Counted from the stretch's first letter, positions 29,237 through 39,871 are shown. The stretch is 64,000 bases of DNA from Gemmatimonadaceae bacterium (GCA_044224875.1 JBGAJQ010000003.1:32001-96000), one strand, 5' to 3'. The notes: generated by a model from the sequence alone, not told the origin. Numbers and translations: made by a program.

Positions 29237-29635
29237 ATGAACATTCGGATGCTCGTCACCGCGTGTGTCTTCACCGCCGTGACCGCCGCGGTTGCGGCTC
29301 CGGCTGGCGCGCAGGTCGATACGCGCAAGGACACGGCGCAGTACCTCGCTGGGAAGGCGCAGAAGCGGCACGGCAAGCGCCTCGAGGCACGCGGTGAGCA
29401 CAAGGAGCGTGTCGGCGATAAGCTGGAAGCCAAGGGCGAGCGGCTCGAGCGTCGCAGCGACAAGCTGGACGATGCGGGCCATGAGAAGGCCGCCGAGCGC
29501 CTGGAGAACAAGGGGGAGCGTCTGGAGGCCCGCGGCGAGCACAAGGAGCGGGTAGGCGATCGGATGGAAAACCGCGGGGAGAGACAACAGCGCAAGGGAC
29601 AGCGCAAGATCGATCGCGCGAAGAAGCCGAATTAA
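29237..29635 (+). CDS. Exported, highly charged 7-residue-repeat protein
   Basis: GGGAGG RBS, signal peptide ending AGA-Q, repeats GKRLEAR/GEHKERV/GDKLEAK/GERLERR. Confidence 0.75.
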   Translation: MNIRMLVTACVFTAVTAAVAAPAGAQVDTRKDTAQYLAGKAQKRHGKRLEARGEHKERVGDKLEAKGERLERRSDKLDDAGHEKAAERLENKGERLEARGEHKERVGDRMENRGERQQRKGQRKIDRAKKPN

Positions 29636-29652
29636 GGCACGTTCTCAGCAAG

Positions 29653-29683
29653 GAGCGGCCGGCCAACGGATGGCCGGCCGCTC
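29653..29683. terminator. Hairpin terminator between convergent genes
   Basis: Perfect 13-bp stem GAGCGGCCGGCCA-acgga-TGGCCGGCCGCTC. Confidence 0.7.
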
Positions 29684-29700
29684 GCATTTCCGGGGCCGAG

Positions 29701-30939
29701 TCAGTCGCCGCGGCGCATAACGAGTGCGGCATTGATGCCGCCAAAGCCGAACGAGTTGGAGATCACGTGCTCCACGCGCGCCGGGCGACCGGTGTGGGGA
29801 ACGAAGTCGAGGTCGCACATGGCGTCCGGGACGGTCAAGTTCACCGTTGGCGGAAGCCACTCGCGGTTTAGGGACAAGGCGCAGATTGCGGCCTCGATGG
29901 CGCCCGACGCACCCAGGGCGTGACCGTAATAGCCCTTGGTGCCGCTTACCGGGATTCGGTAGGCGTGCTCACCGAGAACCTGCTTGATGGCTGTGGTTTC
30001 CGTGGGATCGTTCAGTGGGGTGGAGCTGCCGTGGGCATTGATGTAGCCCACCTCATGTGGCTGCAGCTGCGCGTCCGCCAGGGCCAGCCGCATGGCACGC
30101 GCGGCCTGCGACCCATCGGGGCGAGGCGCGGTCATGTGGTGCGCATCGTTGGTGCTGCCGAACCCCATCATTTCGGCGTAAATCCGGGCGCCGCGTGCCA
30201 CCGCCCGCGCGCGTTCCTCGAGGATGAGCACCGCCGCTCCTTCACCCATCACGAAGCCGTCTCGATCCTTGTCGAATGGGCGCGAGGCGCTGGTGGGATC
30301 GTCATTACGCGTGGACATGGCGCGAATGAGCGCGAAGGCACCAAAACATAGCGGAGCGAGGGGTGCCTCGGACCCGCCGCAGATCATGACGTCGGCGTAT
30401 CCGTCGCGCACCTGCCGGAAGGCGTCGCCGATGGCAATGGTTCCGGACGCACAGCTCATGGCGTTGGTGGAGTTGGGCCCAGTGACACCGCACTCGATCG
30501 CGATGTTGCAACTGGCGGCACCGCCAAAGACGGCGAGGGCCAGCGTGGCATCCACGGCGCGAATCCCATCGCGATAGAAGAGCACGTTCTGGGCCTCGCC
30601 GTAGGCCACGCCTCCCAGCGCCGTGCCCATCATGGCGCCAATGCGATCCCGGTCCTCCTGGGCCAGGTCGATGCCGGCGTCCGCGAGTGCCTGCCGTGCG
30701 GCGACGACCGAGAACGCCCCAAAGCGATCGAGGCGTTTGGCACGCTTTTCCTCCAGATGATCCGTCACCACAAAGTCCCGGACTTCCGCCGCATTGCGCG
30801 ACCGAAAAAGCGACGGGTCGAAGCGTGTGACTTCACCAACGGCTGAGCGACCCTGTTGCAAGCCCGACCACATGGCTTCCTTGCCAACGCCAATGGGCGT
30901 GATGACGCCCAGGCCGGTTACGACGACTCGACGACGCAT
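29701..30939 (-). CDS. fabF: Beta-ketoacyl-ACP synthase II (FabF/KAS II-type)
   Basis: RRVVVTGLG, SCASG catalytic Cys, RDGFVMGEGA, NAHGSST, GHALGA, SNSFGFGG. Confidence 0.88.
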   Translation of the reverse strand: MRRRVVVTGLGVITPIGVGKEAMWSGLQQGRSAVGEVTRFDPSLFRSRNAAEVRDFVVTDHLEEKRAKRLDRFGAFSVVAARQALADAGIDLAQEDRDRIGAMMGTALGGVAYGEAQNVLFYRDGIRAVDATLALAVFGGAASCNIAIECGVTGPNSTNAMSCASGTIAIGDAFRQVRDGYADVMICGGSEAPLAPLCFGAFALIRAMSTRNDDPTSASRPFDKDRDGFVMGEGAAVLILEERARAVARGARIYAEMMGFGSTNDAHHMTAPRPDGSQAARAMRLALADAQLQPHEVGYINAHGSSTPLNDPTETTAIKQVLGEHAYRIPVSGTKGYYGHALGASGAIEAAICALSLNREWLPPTVNLTVPDAMCDLDFVPHTGRPARVEHVISNSFGFGGINAALVMRRGD

Positions 30940-31062
30940 GAATGTCCTGGTTGTTCTAACGCCGGACGCTGCGACAGGTCGAGTGGGGGGCGTCCGGGCG
31001 CGCGCGGAGTGACCCGAGGCAATCTATCGCAGGGTACCAAAGTGCGGTGAGGGGATGTCCGG

Positions 31063-31563
31063 CTATCGCTCAACCGTTCGAGCCAGACCCTCGAGGGTCC
31101 GCGAGGCGATGCCATGCACGAAGACGGGTCCAATGACCTCCGTCGCCGCAAAAACGCCGATCAAGGGCCAGCGCGGACCGTCCCAGACGTGCAGGAGCCT
31201 AACGTGAGTGCCGCCATTCGTGGGGGAAAAGCTCCACTCGACGTCCATGCCGGTGGTGATCCCGCCGATATGCCGAAAGCGAACGGCCGGGGCAGCGCGG
31301 TCGACCTGCATCTCCGACAGCCACCACGTGGGCCAGTTGACCAGCCCGAACGGGCGGTTGGCCGACATTTCCACCACTCCACCGCCATCCGTCGCACGTT
31401 CACGAAAGCGCACGAATCGATAATGCGCGAGGTATGCCGGCCACTGCTCAACGGCGGCGACGACATCGAAAATTGCCGCCACCGGTGCGCGCACGATGCG
31501 CTCGTCCAGCGTGTGCATGGCTCGGCCCACTGGCATGGGCCCTAGGTCAAACGGTGGTCGCAT
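31063..31563 (-). CDS. SRPBCC/START polyketide cyclase-like protein
   Basis: VRAPVAAIFDVVAAVEQWP, GMDVEWSF and GTHVRLLH motifs. Confidence 0.8.
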   Translation of the reverse strand: MRPPFDLGPMPVGRAMHTLDERIVRAPVAAIFDVVAAVEQWPAYLAHYRFVRFRERATDGGGVVEMSANRPFGLVNWPTWWLSEMQVDRAAPAVRFRHIGGITTGMDVEWSFSPTNGGTHVRLLHVWDGPRWPLIGVFAATEVIGPVFVHGIASRTLEGLARTVER

Positions 31564-32287
31564 GTGTTGAACGCACGTGATCCACGGTCGCGGCGTGCCG
31601 CTCCCAGCTGGCGGTCACGCGGAATCCCAGCCGGTGGTTGACGGTGGCACGAACGCCGATTGCCCGGTGAACGAGGTCTCGCAGCTCGTGGCGAGTGAAC
31701 CCGCGCAAGACAGAGGTCATGCCGTCGTGTCGACTCACGGGGTGAAATCGCAAGGGGAAGGACACCCCCCACAGTCCAGCCACGGCAAGCCAGCTGCGAC
31801 GCAGGTCGCTGATGATGACGGAGCGTCGGGCGACGCGATGCATTTCGCGCACCATCGTCAAGGCATCGGCGTCCTCGAAGTGGTGCAGGACTTGGGAGCA
31901 GCAGACGACATCCACGCTCCCATCGGCAAAGGGCAACGCGAGGGCGTTGGCGCACACCCCGAGTGGGATGCGATGCGTGGTCGTCGTGACGAGCTCGGGG
32001 ATGCTGTCCAAGCCTAACGCGGAAAGACGAATACCGCGTGCCGCGGCGAGTTCACGCGCCCGCTCCGGAATGTCACCAACGCCCGTACCCACGTCGAGCA
32101 GCGTCGCGTCGGCCGGCAGCTGCGGGATCACGCGTTCGAGTTCGAGCAACACCGCCCGGATGGCACCGAAGAGTCGGTTGGAGAGTTGGATGTCGCGGTG
32201 GGATCGGCGGCGCACCGCAGGGTCGCAGCCGTGATCGTCGAGGACTTCGTATCCTCGCTGGCGTCGGGGCACCCACGGGCTGCCCAC
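31547..32287 (-). CDS. Class I SAM-dependent methyltransferase
   Basis: LLDVGTGVGD, LPFADGSVDVV, LHHF, ISDLRRS and HDGMTSVLRGF motifs. Confidence 0.88.
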   Translation of the reverse strand: MGSPWVPRRQRGYEVLDDHGCDPAVRRRSHRDIQLSNRLFGAIRAVLLELERVIPQLPADATLLDVGTGVGDIPERARELAAARGIRLSALGLDSIPELVTTTTHRIPLGVCANALALPFADGSVDVVCCSQVLHHFEDADALTMVREMHRVARRSVIISDLRRSWLAVAGLWGVSFPLRFHPVSRHDGMTSVLRGFTRHELRDLVHRAIGVRATVNHRLGFRVTASWERHAATVDHVRSTHATTV

Positions 32288-32767
32288 CTATCGCTCCAAC
32301 TCCGCGTATCCGCCGCGATAGTAGAGCAGGGGCCGCAGCTCCTGCGTCACGGCTGTCTCCACCTCACCGACGAAGATGCCGTGGTCGCCGCCATCCAACT
32401 GCCTGACGAGTCGGCACTCCAAGTACGCCAGCACGTCGTCGAGGATAGGCGCGCCCGATGGCCCACGCGAAAACCCAATCCCTTCGAACCGTTCCTGTGC
32501 GTCGAGGTCCGAGAACCGCCGCGACAGGGCCTCTTGCGGCGAGGCGAGGATGTTGACCGTGAACTGCTGGGTGCGTCCCAGCACCTCGTGCATCGCTGCC
32601 TGACGATCGATGCAGCACAGCACGAGGGGCGGCGTCAGGCTCAGGGCGCTGAACGCGCTCACCGTCATCCCATAGTCGCGACCCTCGTCATCTCGCGTGG
32701 TGACCACCGTGACACCGGAGGCAAAGCGACCGAGCACGCTACGAAAGGAGTCCGGATCAATCGACAT
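32288..32767 (-). CDS. Flavin reductase (HpaC/RutF-like)
   Basis: FRSVLGRFASGVTVVT, SLTPPLVL, GGDHGIFVGEV, PLLYYRGGY. Confidence 0.92.
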   Translation of the reverse strand: MSIDPDSFRSVLGRFASGVTVVTTRDDEGRDYGMTVSAFSALSLTPPLVLCCIDRQAAMHEVLGRTQQFTVNILASPQEALSRRFSDLDAQERFEGIGFSRGPSGAPILDDVLAYLECRLVRQLDGGDHGIFVGEVETAVTQELRPLLYYRGGYAELER

Positions 32768-32782
32768 GAGGGCAGGGCCGAG

Positions 32783-34096
32783 TCATGAGGAACGTGAAGC
32801 GATGGACGCTGGCGGACGATTGGAAGTGCGCGCATCGGCTTGTGTTGTCGCGCGACCACCCAGAAAGAGTCGCCAGAGAAAGGGCAGCCGCAAGACTTCC
32901 CGCGGAGGTACGAAGTCGCCGGCCACACCGACGAGGAGGTCCGCCATGTCGGGACGGGCCCGCAGAGACTTGGCGACGCGGTTCAAGAGGGCGGGATACT
33001 CGACGGCCATGCCGATGAGCCGTTCTACCCGCCACTTCCCCGTGAATTCGTGCACGCGCGCCCTGTCGTACGCCGCCAGGGCGACGTCGGCGGCGCGGGT
33101 TTGTGAGGCGCGTACGCTCTCGATGGCATAGAACGAGAGCAGTTCCCCTCCGCGAAGGGCGGCGTAAATGCCCTCACCCGTGAAGGGGTCGTAGAAATCT
33201 GCCGCATCGCCAACGAGCGCGAGCCCGGGACGCCACGCGATGCGTGCCCGCGAGTTGAATGGACCAACGGCGAGCACGGAACCCACCGGTTGGGCATCGT
33301 GGAACCGAGTGGCAAGGTGAGGCAAGTCATCGATCCACGCCTGCAGGAAACGCAGGGCGTGTCCACGGATCTCGTCTTTTCGAGCGGTCGGGACGACGAC
33401 CGCCACGTTCACCAGCCCACCGCCGACGGGTGCAAGCCCGACGTATCCGCGGCCACGCGGCGCGACGTGCATTTCGCCGTGGGTCGTCATGCCGGCAATG
33501 CCTTCGAAGTGAGTGACGAGGGCGACGCGGTGTGGATGGCGACCGACGCGGATGAGTGCGGCGCGCCGCCCCACGATGCTTCGCAGCCCGTCAGCTCCTA
33601 CTATCAGGTTGGCGCGCAGTTCCAGGGGGTGGCCCTCACGAGAGAGCGCGGCGACCCCGGTCACGCGTCCGCTCCCGTCGCGGAGGAGGTCCCGCACGGA
33701 TGTGCGCTCCAACACACGGGCCCCGGCGGATCGCGCCGCGTCCAGCAGCGTCGCGTCGAGGAGGGTGCGCCGGAGGGCAAGCCCGCGGTCGCGGAAGCCG
33801 TGGAAGCCATGCTGTGCGGCGAACTCGCCGTGAATCGTACATCCATTGGGAGCGCGAATGTCCATTCCCGTCAGCTGGGCGGCACCCGACAGCTCCAACC
33901 GTTCGAGGACGCCCATCTCGTTCAGGATACGCGAGGCCTGTGGACTCAGGTACTCGGCGCACGGCTTGTCGCGAGGGAATTGCGCCCGGTCCACCAGCAG
34001 CACGTCCACGCCTGCCCGGGCCAGAAAGTACGCCGTGGCGCTCCCGGCCGGGCCACCACCGACCACGACGACCTGCGCCCGATGGTCGGCCGTCAT
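32783..34096 (-). CDS. FAD-dependent oxidoreductase (geranylgeranyl reductase/aromatic hydroxylase superfamily)
   Basis: VVGGGPAG, FPRDKPCAE, VGADG and LVGDAADFYDPFTGEGI motifs. Confidence 0.88.
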   Translation of the reverse strand: MTADHRAQVVVVGGGPAGSATAYFLARAGVDVLLVDRAQFPRDKPCAEYLSPQASRILNEMGVLERLELSGAAQLTGMDIRAPNGCTIHGEFAAQHGFHGFRDRGLALRRTLLDATLLDAARSAGARVLERTSVRDLLRDGSGRVTGVAALSREGHPLELRANLIVGADGLRSIVGRRAALIRVGRHPHRVALVTHFEGIAGMTTHGEMHVAPRGRGYVGLAPVGGGLVNVAVVVPTARKDEIRGHALRFLQAWIDDLPHLATRFHDAQPVGSVLAVGPFNSRARIAWRPGLALVGDAADFYDPFTGEGIYAALRGGELLSFYAIESVRASQTRAADVALAAYDRARVHEFTGKWRVERLIGMAVEYPALLNRVAKSLRARPDMADLLVGVAGDFVPPREVLRLPFLWRLFLGGRATTQADARTSNRPPASIASRSS

Positions 34097-34908
34097 CCGA
34101 GGGCGCGGCCCAATGCCATGGCCGCGATGCCACCTAACGCGCCGCTCGTCAGGTTAACGAGGTCATTGCGAAGCCCGGAGAGCCCGCCGATGCGCGTGGT
34201 CACCGATCCACAGTCGTGTCGCACGCGCTCGGTCGGCGTGTCACAGTGCGGACAGTGGCGCCGCTCCTGCAGCGTGGCGCCGAGTAAGGAGTCGGCGAGG
34301 GCACCGGCGAGTCCTCCGCCTGCAGCCGCCGCGGCTACCATCGGAGGCAGACCGAGCAGGCGCGCCACGCCACCGATGACGCAGGCCCCGGCGATCGAAG
34401 CCGCTGAACCGGGAACGCTCACGGCGCCCGACGTGCCAGCTGCAACCACGCGTCCCGTCAGGATCAAACGCGGCCGTCCGCTGAGCGCGATGCCGACTTC
34501 AGTGCCCCACGTGTCGCTGGCTGCTGTCGCCAGGGCACCCGCACCAAGACACTGGATGAGCATCGTCGGCATGCTGCTATCGGTCATCGAGGGCATGACG
34601 CTGCCGACCATCGCCGCCACCGCGAATACGCCGCCGTTGGCCAGCACCTGAACAGCATCGCGCGCCCCACCCTTTTCCACGATGGCGCCGGCGCGTTGCG
34701 ACTTGATCCTGGCACGCCAGCGCGTGAGCAATGTGGAGGACAGGAAGAATACCATCAGCAGCGCCGCCCATGCCCAGCCGGCCGCGACGCTCAGTGTCCC
34801 AACCACCGCCGCTGCGACGGCGCCTCCGCGCGACAGCGAGCCGGCGCGCCACGCCACCCAAGCGACGGCCGTCGCAAGCAACACGCCAGCCAGCGCTCGT
34901 TGCATCAT
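34093..34908 (-). CDS. DUF92 (TMEM19/VTE6-like) membrane protein
   Basis: RDAVQVLANGG, ASDTWGTEVG, GTSGAVS, DSLLGATLQ, CPHC, NDLVN. Confidence 0.88.
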   Translation of the reverse strand: MMQRALAGVLLATAVAWVAWRAGSLSRGGAVAAAVVGTLSVAAGWAWAALLMVFFLSSTLLTRWRARIKSQRAGAIVEKGGARDAVQVLANGGVFAVAAMVGSVMPSMTDSSMPTMLIQCLGAGALATAASDTWGTEVGIALSGRPRLILTGRVVAAGTSGAVSVPGSAASIAGACVIGGVARLLGLPPMVAAAAAGGGLAGALADSLLGATLQERRHCPHCDTPTERVRHDCGSVTTRIGGLSGLRNDLVNLTSGALGGIAAMALGRALG

Positions 34909-35042
34909 GCGGAAACACTCCCGGAGGGACGACAATCGTCGCGTTCGTCGAAGTTCACCCGCTGCGACGTCTACACGCAAGCGATTGTGCAGGAAGTCTC
35001 TGCTTGAACGTGATGGAGAGCACCGTTAGCTTCGCCTCAACA

Positions 35043-35687
35043 ATGAGCTCTGCCACGTCAGCTTCCGTCGATTCGCTTCTCCCCCTGTCGTTGCTCGAGG
35101 CCGTTCGCGACGTCGATTCCCCGATCGAGGATTTCGAAGCCGAGCTGGTGGGCGACCTCCGCAACAAGCGACTCGGCTTGAGCGACACGGTCTACATGCA
35201 GATCAAGCGGTACACCGAGGCGGTGAAGCGCAGTCAGCGGACCGCGCATGACGAGACGGTGGCCTTGGCCAAGCTGATTGGGCGCCGCACGGATGCCGAG
35301 GCAGTGTTTCGCGCAGCCGGGAAGTTCCTGGCAAGGGAGTCATACTCGACGATTTCCCCGCTGTCGCGCCGGCTGATGTTGACGTTGCCGTCCCTCTTCA
35401 CTCGACCGATGGCGCTGCGTCACACACGCAAGCTGGCCCGGCGATATCTTGGGGGCCGAGTCTCGCGCGTTGGTACGTCGATCTATCTGGAGGTGGCGCA
35501 CTCCGTCACGCAGGATGCGGCGTCGCGCTCGATCGGATGTTCGTACTACGAGGCGGGCCTCAAGGAGTTGTTGCGCTTGTTGGTCAATAGTGTCGGTGCG
35601 GTCGAGCACCATCGCTGTGCAACGCGCGGCGAAGGGACGTGTTCGTGGCGCGCCGAGTGGCGAGTTTCGCATACGCCGTCGGAGTAA
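35043..35687 (+). CDS. Hypothetical protein with C-terminal V4R-like small-ligand-binding domain
   Basis: C-terminal CSYYEAGL...EHHRCATRGEGTCSW pattern typical of V4R/HNOB-like domains; start uncertain. Confidence 0.6.
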   Translation: MSSATSASVDSLLPLSLLEAVRDVDSPIEDFEAELVGDLRNKRLGLSDTVYMQIKRYTEAVKRSQRTAHDETVALAKLIGRRTDAEAVFRAAGKFLARESYSTISPLSRRLMLTLPSLFTRPMALRHTRKLARRYLGGRVSRVGTSIYLEVAHSVTQDAASRSIGCSYYEAGLKELLRLLVNSVGAVEHHRCATRGEGTCSWRAEWRVSHTPSE

Positions 35688-35690
35688 TCG

Positions 35691-36869
35691 ATGCTGACGC
35701 CTGAGTCGCTGCCACGGTTCCAGAGCGCCATCGCCCAGGCCGGGCTCGATGGCTGGTTGCTGTACGATTTTCGCGGCTGCAACCCGATCGCGCAGGCCAT
35801 GGCGAACGTCGGGGGGCACATCACGCGGCGGATACTAGTGTGGATTCCGCGGCAGGGGGCGCCGGTGGCGATCACGCATGCCATCGAGCAGACCATTTGG
35901 CATGCGTGGCCTAACGAGTTCGGCAAGGTCGTCTACTCATCGTGGCGAGCATTGGAGGCGGCGATCTCCGCCCTGGTACGCGGGAAGCGGATTGCCATGG
36001 AGTACTCGCCGGGTGACGCGGTGCCGGTGGTGGACCGTGTGCCAGCTGGCGTGCTGGAAATGGTGCGCGCTGCTGGCGCCGAGGTGGTGTCGTCAGGAGA
36101 CCTGGTGACCGGGTTCTACGCGATCTGGACGCCCGATCAACTCGCGTCACACGAGCGCGCCGCGGAGCACGTGGCGCGAATTGCGCGGGAGGCGATGTCG
36201 CTGGCCGGCGAACGAGCGCGCGGCGGACGTTCGATCGCCGAGCATGAACTCCAGCAGTGGATCATGGATGCGTTCGCAAAGGTGGGCCTAACGGCCGATC
36301 ATCCTGCGAATGTTTCCGTCGGCTCCAACGCGGCCAATCCACACTACCAGCCATCGGCGGATCACGTGGTGCCCATCGAGGTGGGGAGCGTGATCCTGAT
36401 CGACCTGTGGGCGACGGAACCGAATGGGATCTATGCGGACCAGACGTACATGGGGTCGATCGGCACGCCATCGGACCGTGTGCAGGAGATCTGGCGCGCC
36501 GTGCGGGACGCGCGTGACGCGGCGATCCAGGCGACCCGAGAGCGGGCCGAGTCGCATGTTGTGGCTCGCGGCGCGGAAATCGACGACGCGGCGCGCGGGG
36601 TGATCGTGGCTCGGGGGTTTGGTGACTACTTTACGCATCGCACTGGGCACTCGATCGACGCCCGGGAATTGCACGGCGCCGGTCCGAACCTGGATAACCT
36701 GGAGACGCGCGAAGAGCGTTTGCTGCTGCCGGGCGAGGGATTCTCGATTGAACCCGGTGTCTACATCCGCGGCGAGGTTGGCGTGCGGAGTGAAGTGAAC
36801 GCCTACTACGGCGATGGGTCGCTGCTGGTCACGCCGAGTCAGTACCAGCGAGACATGTACGTGCTGTGA
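35691..36869 (+). CDS. M24 family Xaa-Pro peptidase
   Basis: ANPHY, LIDLW, ADQT, HRTGH, FSIEPGVY and VRSE metal ligands. Confidence 0.9.
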   Translation: MLTPESLPRFQSAIAQAGLDGWLLYDFRGCNPIAQAMANVGGHITRRILVWIPRQGAPVAITHAIEQTIWHAWPNEFGKVVYSSWRALEAAISALVRGKRIAMEYSPGDAVPVVDRVPAGVLEMVRAAGAEVVSSGDLVTGFYAIWTPDQLASHERAAEHVARIAREAMSLAGERARGGRSIAEHELQQWIMDAFAKVGLTADHPANVSVGSNAANPHYQPSADHVVPIEVGSVILIDLWATEPNGIYADQTYMGSIGTPSDRVQEIWRAVRDARDAAIQATRERAESHVVARGAEIDDAARGVIVARGFGDYFTHRTGHSIDARELHGAGPNLDNLETREERLLLPGEGFSIEPGVYIRGEVGVRSEVNAYYGDGSLLVTPSQYQRDMYVL

Positions 36870-38230
36870 CCGCTCCGGCGAAGGGAGCGGATAGCGGCCA
36901 CGAGCTTCGGCGCGAGTTGGGGGTGTTTTCGGCGTCCCTGATGGTGGTGGGGGGCATCATCGGCAGCGGGATCTTCTTCACCCCGGCAGAGGTGGCCAAG
37001 GCGCTGCCGAATGGGGAGTTGATCCTGGCGGTATGGGTGGTCGGCGGTGTGGTGGCCCTGGCGGGGGCGCTCTCGTACGCCGAGCTAGGGGCGATGTTTC
37101 CGGATGCGGGCGGCCCGTACGTCTACATTCGGAAGGCGTTCGGTCCGCTGGCGTCATTCCTGTGCGGGTGGATGACGATGTTGTCGATTGCCACCGGCGC
37201 CCTGGCGGCGGTGGCGATGGGCTTTGCGGGGTACGTCGAGCGCTTTGTAGCCATCGACGTGGTGGGTGGGCGCATCGGCATGGCCGCGTTGACACTGACG
37301 GTGCTGGCGGCCACGAACTATGCCGGGATTCGTCCCGGGGCTGCCGTGCAGAATGTGCTCACCCTGGCCAAGATCCTCGCGTTGACGGCGCTCATCGTCG
37401 GTGGACTGGTGCTGTGGTCGACGTTAGGCGCTCCGCCAGCGGTGCCGAACGCACCAGCGCCGCGGGCGTCGCTGGGGAGTGGTGCGGCGGCGGCCTTTGT
37501 GGCGGTCCTGTTCACCATCGGCGGGTGGCAGCAGATGAACATGGTGGCGGGCGAGGTGCGCGATCCCGAACGAACGATTCCGCGCGCGCTCGGCATTGGG
37601 ATCGCCATCGTCATCGTGATCTACCTGGGCGCCAACGCCGTCTACCTGCATGCCCTTGGACGCGACGGACTCGCGGCCAGCGCCGCGGTCGCTGCCGATG
37701 TTGCCACGCGCATGGTGGGCCCGATCGGCGCCACCCTCATCACCGTGTCGGCCATGCTGTCCATTCTTGGGTTCGTGAACGTGGCCATGCTTGGGAACTC
37801 CCGCATGCCGTACGCGATGGCCCGAGATGGCGAGTTTGTAGCAGCTGCCGGGCGTGTCCATCCGCGGTTTGGCACGCCGCATGTCGCCATCCTGATCATC
37901 TGGGCGTGGTCATTGCTGTTGCTCGTTGCCTCTCGTGGACGCATTGGCGACCTGTTGAGTGGCGTGGTGTTCGCCGACTGGATTTTCTTTGGATTGGGCG
38001 CCGCCAGTGTGTTTGTCCTGCGTCGAACGATGCCCGAGGCGCGACGACCCTACCGCGCGTTAGGCTATCCCGTCGTGCCGGCGCTGTTCGTGGTGGCGGC
38101 GATGGTCGGTGTGGTCAGCGCGATCGTCTCGGCGCCTGTCACGTCCGGGCTTGGTGCCCTATTGCTCGCCGCCGGCATGATATGGTACCGGGTGTCCAAG
38201 GCGGGGTCCGGGGCGAGGCGCGGCCGTTGA
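36866..38230 (+). CDS. APC-family amino acid permease
   Basis: GIIGSGIF, YAELGAMFP.AGG.YVY, GEVRDPERTIP, HPRFGTP, about 12 TM. Confidence 0.9.
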   Translation: MTAPAKGADSGHELRRELGVFSASLMVVGGIIGSGIFFTPAEVAKALPNGELILAVWVVGGVVALAGALSYAELGAMFPDAGGPYVYIRKAFGPLASFLCGWMTMLSIATGALAAVAMGFAGYVERFVAIDVVGGRIGMAALTLTVLAATNYAGIRPGAAVQNVLTLAKILALTALIVGGLVLWSTLGAPPAVPNAPAPRASLGSGAAAAFVAVLFTIGGWQQMNMVAGEVRDPERTIPRALGIGIAIVIVIYLGANAVYLHALGRDGLAASAAVAADVATRMVGPIGATLITVSAMLSILGFVNVAMLGNSRMPYAMARDGEFVAAAGRVHPRFGTPHVAILIIWAWSLLLLVASRGRIGDLLSGVVFADWIFFGLGAASVFVLRRTMPEARRPYRALGYPVVPALFVVAAMVGVVSAIVSAPVTSGLGALLLAAGMIWYRVSKAGSGARRGR

Positions 38231-38339
38231 TGACACGGGAGCCGGGAAGCGTCTTGGTGTTTGTCGCGCGCCGTGAGTATCGTGTCTCTGTGCGTAGCGG
38301 ACGCCAATTCCCGCGCAGTCACCGTTCAGGCAGGACTGT

Positions 38340-38570
38340 ATGCCCACCTATCTCTACGAAACCATCCCCGCTGAACCGGCGGCCCCAACGCGCCGGTTCG
38401 AGATGCGCCAGGGGTTCAACGATCCAATCCTCACCACTGACCCGGAAACGGGCGCGCCGGTGCGACGCGTGATCAGCGGTGGGATGGCGGTAATGACCAA
38501 AGGCGAGCAGTCACTGCCGGAGCCCGGGCCAGGTTGCGGACCGGGCAGCTGTGGGTGCGGTCGCTTCTAG
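38340..38570 (+). CDS. FmdB-family zinc-ribbon-like regulatory protein (CxxC pairs absent)
   Basis: MPTYLY...FEMRQ...DP.L..DPETG.PVRRVISGG; C-terminal GCGPGSCGC. Confidence 0.7.
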   Translation: MPTYLYETIPAEPAAPTRRFEMRQGFNDPILTTDPETGAPVRRVISGGMAVMTKGEQSLPEPGPGCGPGSCGCGRF

Positions 38571-38702
38571 GCCGCTCCCGGCCTTGAGCAAGGTGGTTCC
38601 AGAGCCTTCCTGACTACCGCCGGTTCACTCGGTCGTCCCACACCTGTGCGCCTGGCTTGGAACCCGTCCGTCAGCGAGCGTGACACGCGTCCACCGGCGT
38701 GC

Positions 38703-38977
38703 TCAGGACCCCTCGAGCCAGCGCCGCACGTGATACAGCTCGGTGCCTAACGAACGTCGGTCGCCGTAGGCCGCCTCGATGCTCTCCAGCAGCTCGGCGG
38801 CGTCGATTTCGTAGTCGTCCCCTTCTGAGTTCAACGTCTCGGTCGTCCATTCCCGCACCCGGACGGTTCCGTCCTGCGGTCGACCAACCAGCAGCAGGCG
38901 CTCCAATTCTTCGCGGTCGCCGGCGATGCGAAGCGTCAGGAACTCGTCTTCGCCCAGGGAACGATGATCGGGATCGG

Positions 38978-38981
<4 letters not shown>
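38703..38981 (-). CDS. Small acidic hypothetical protein
   Basis: ATGA overlap with ctaB stop. Confidence 0.6.
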
Positions 38982-39867
<886 letters not shown>

Positions 39868-39871
<4 letters not shown>

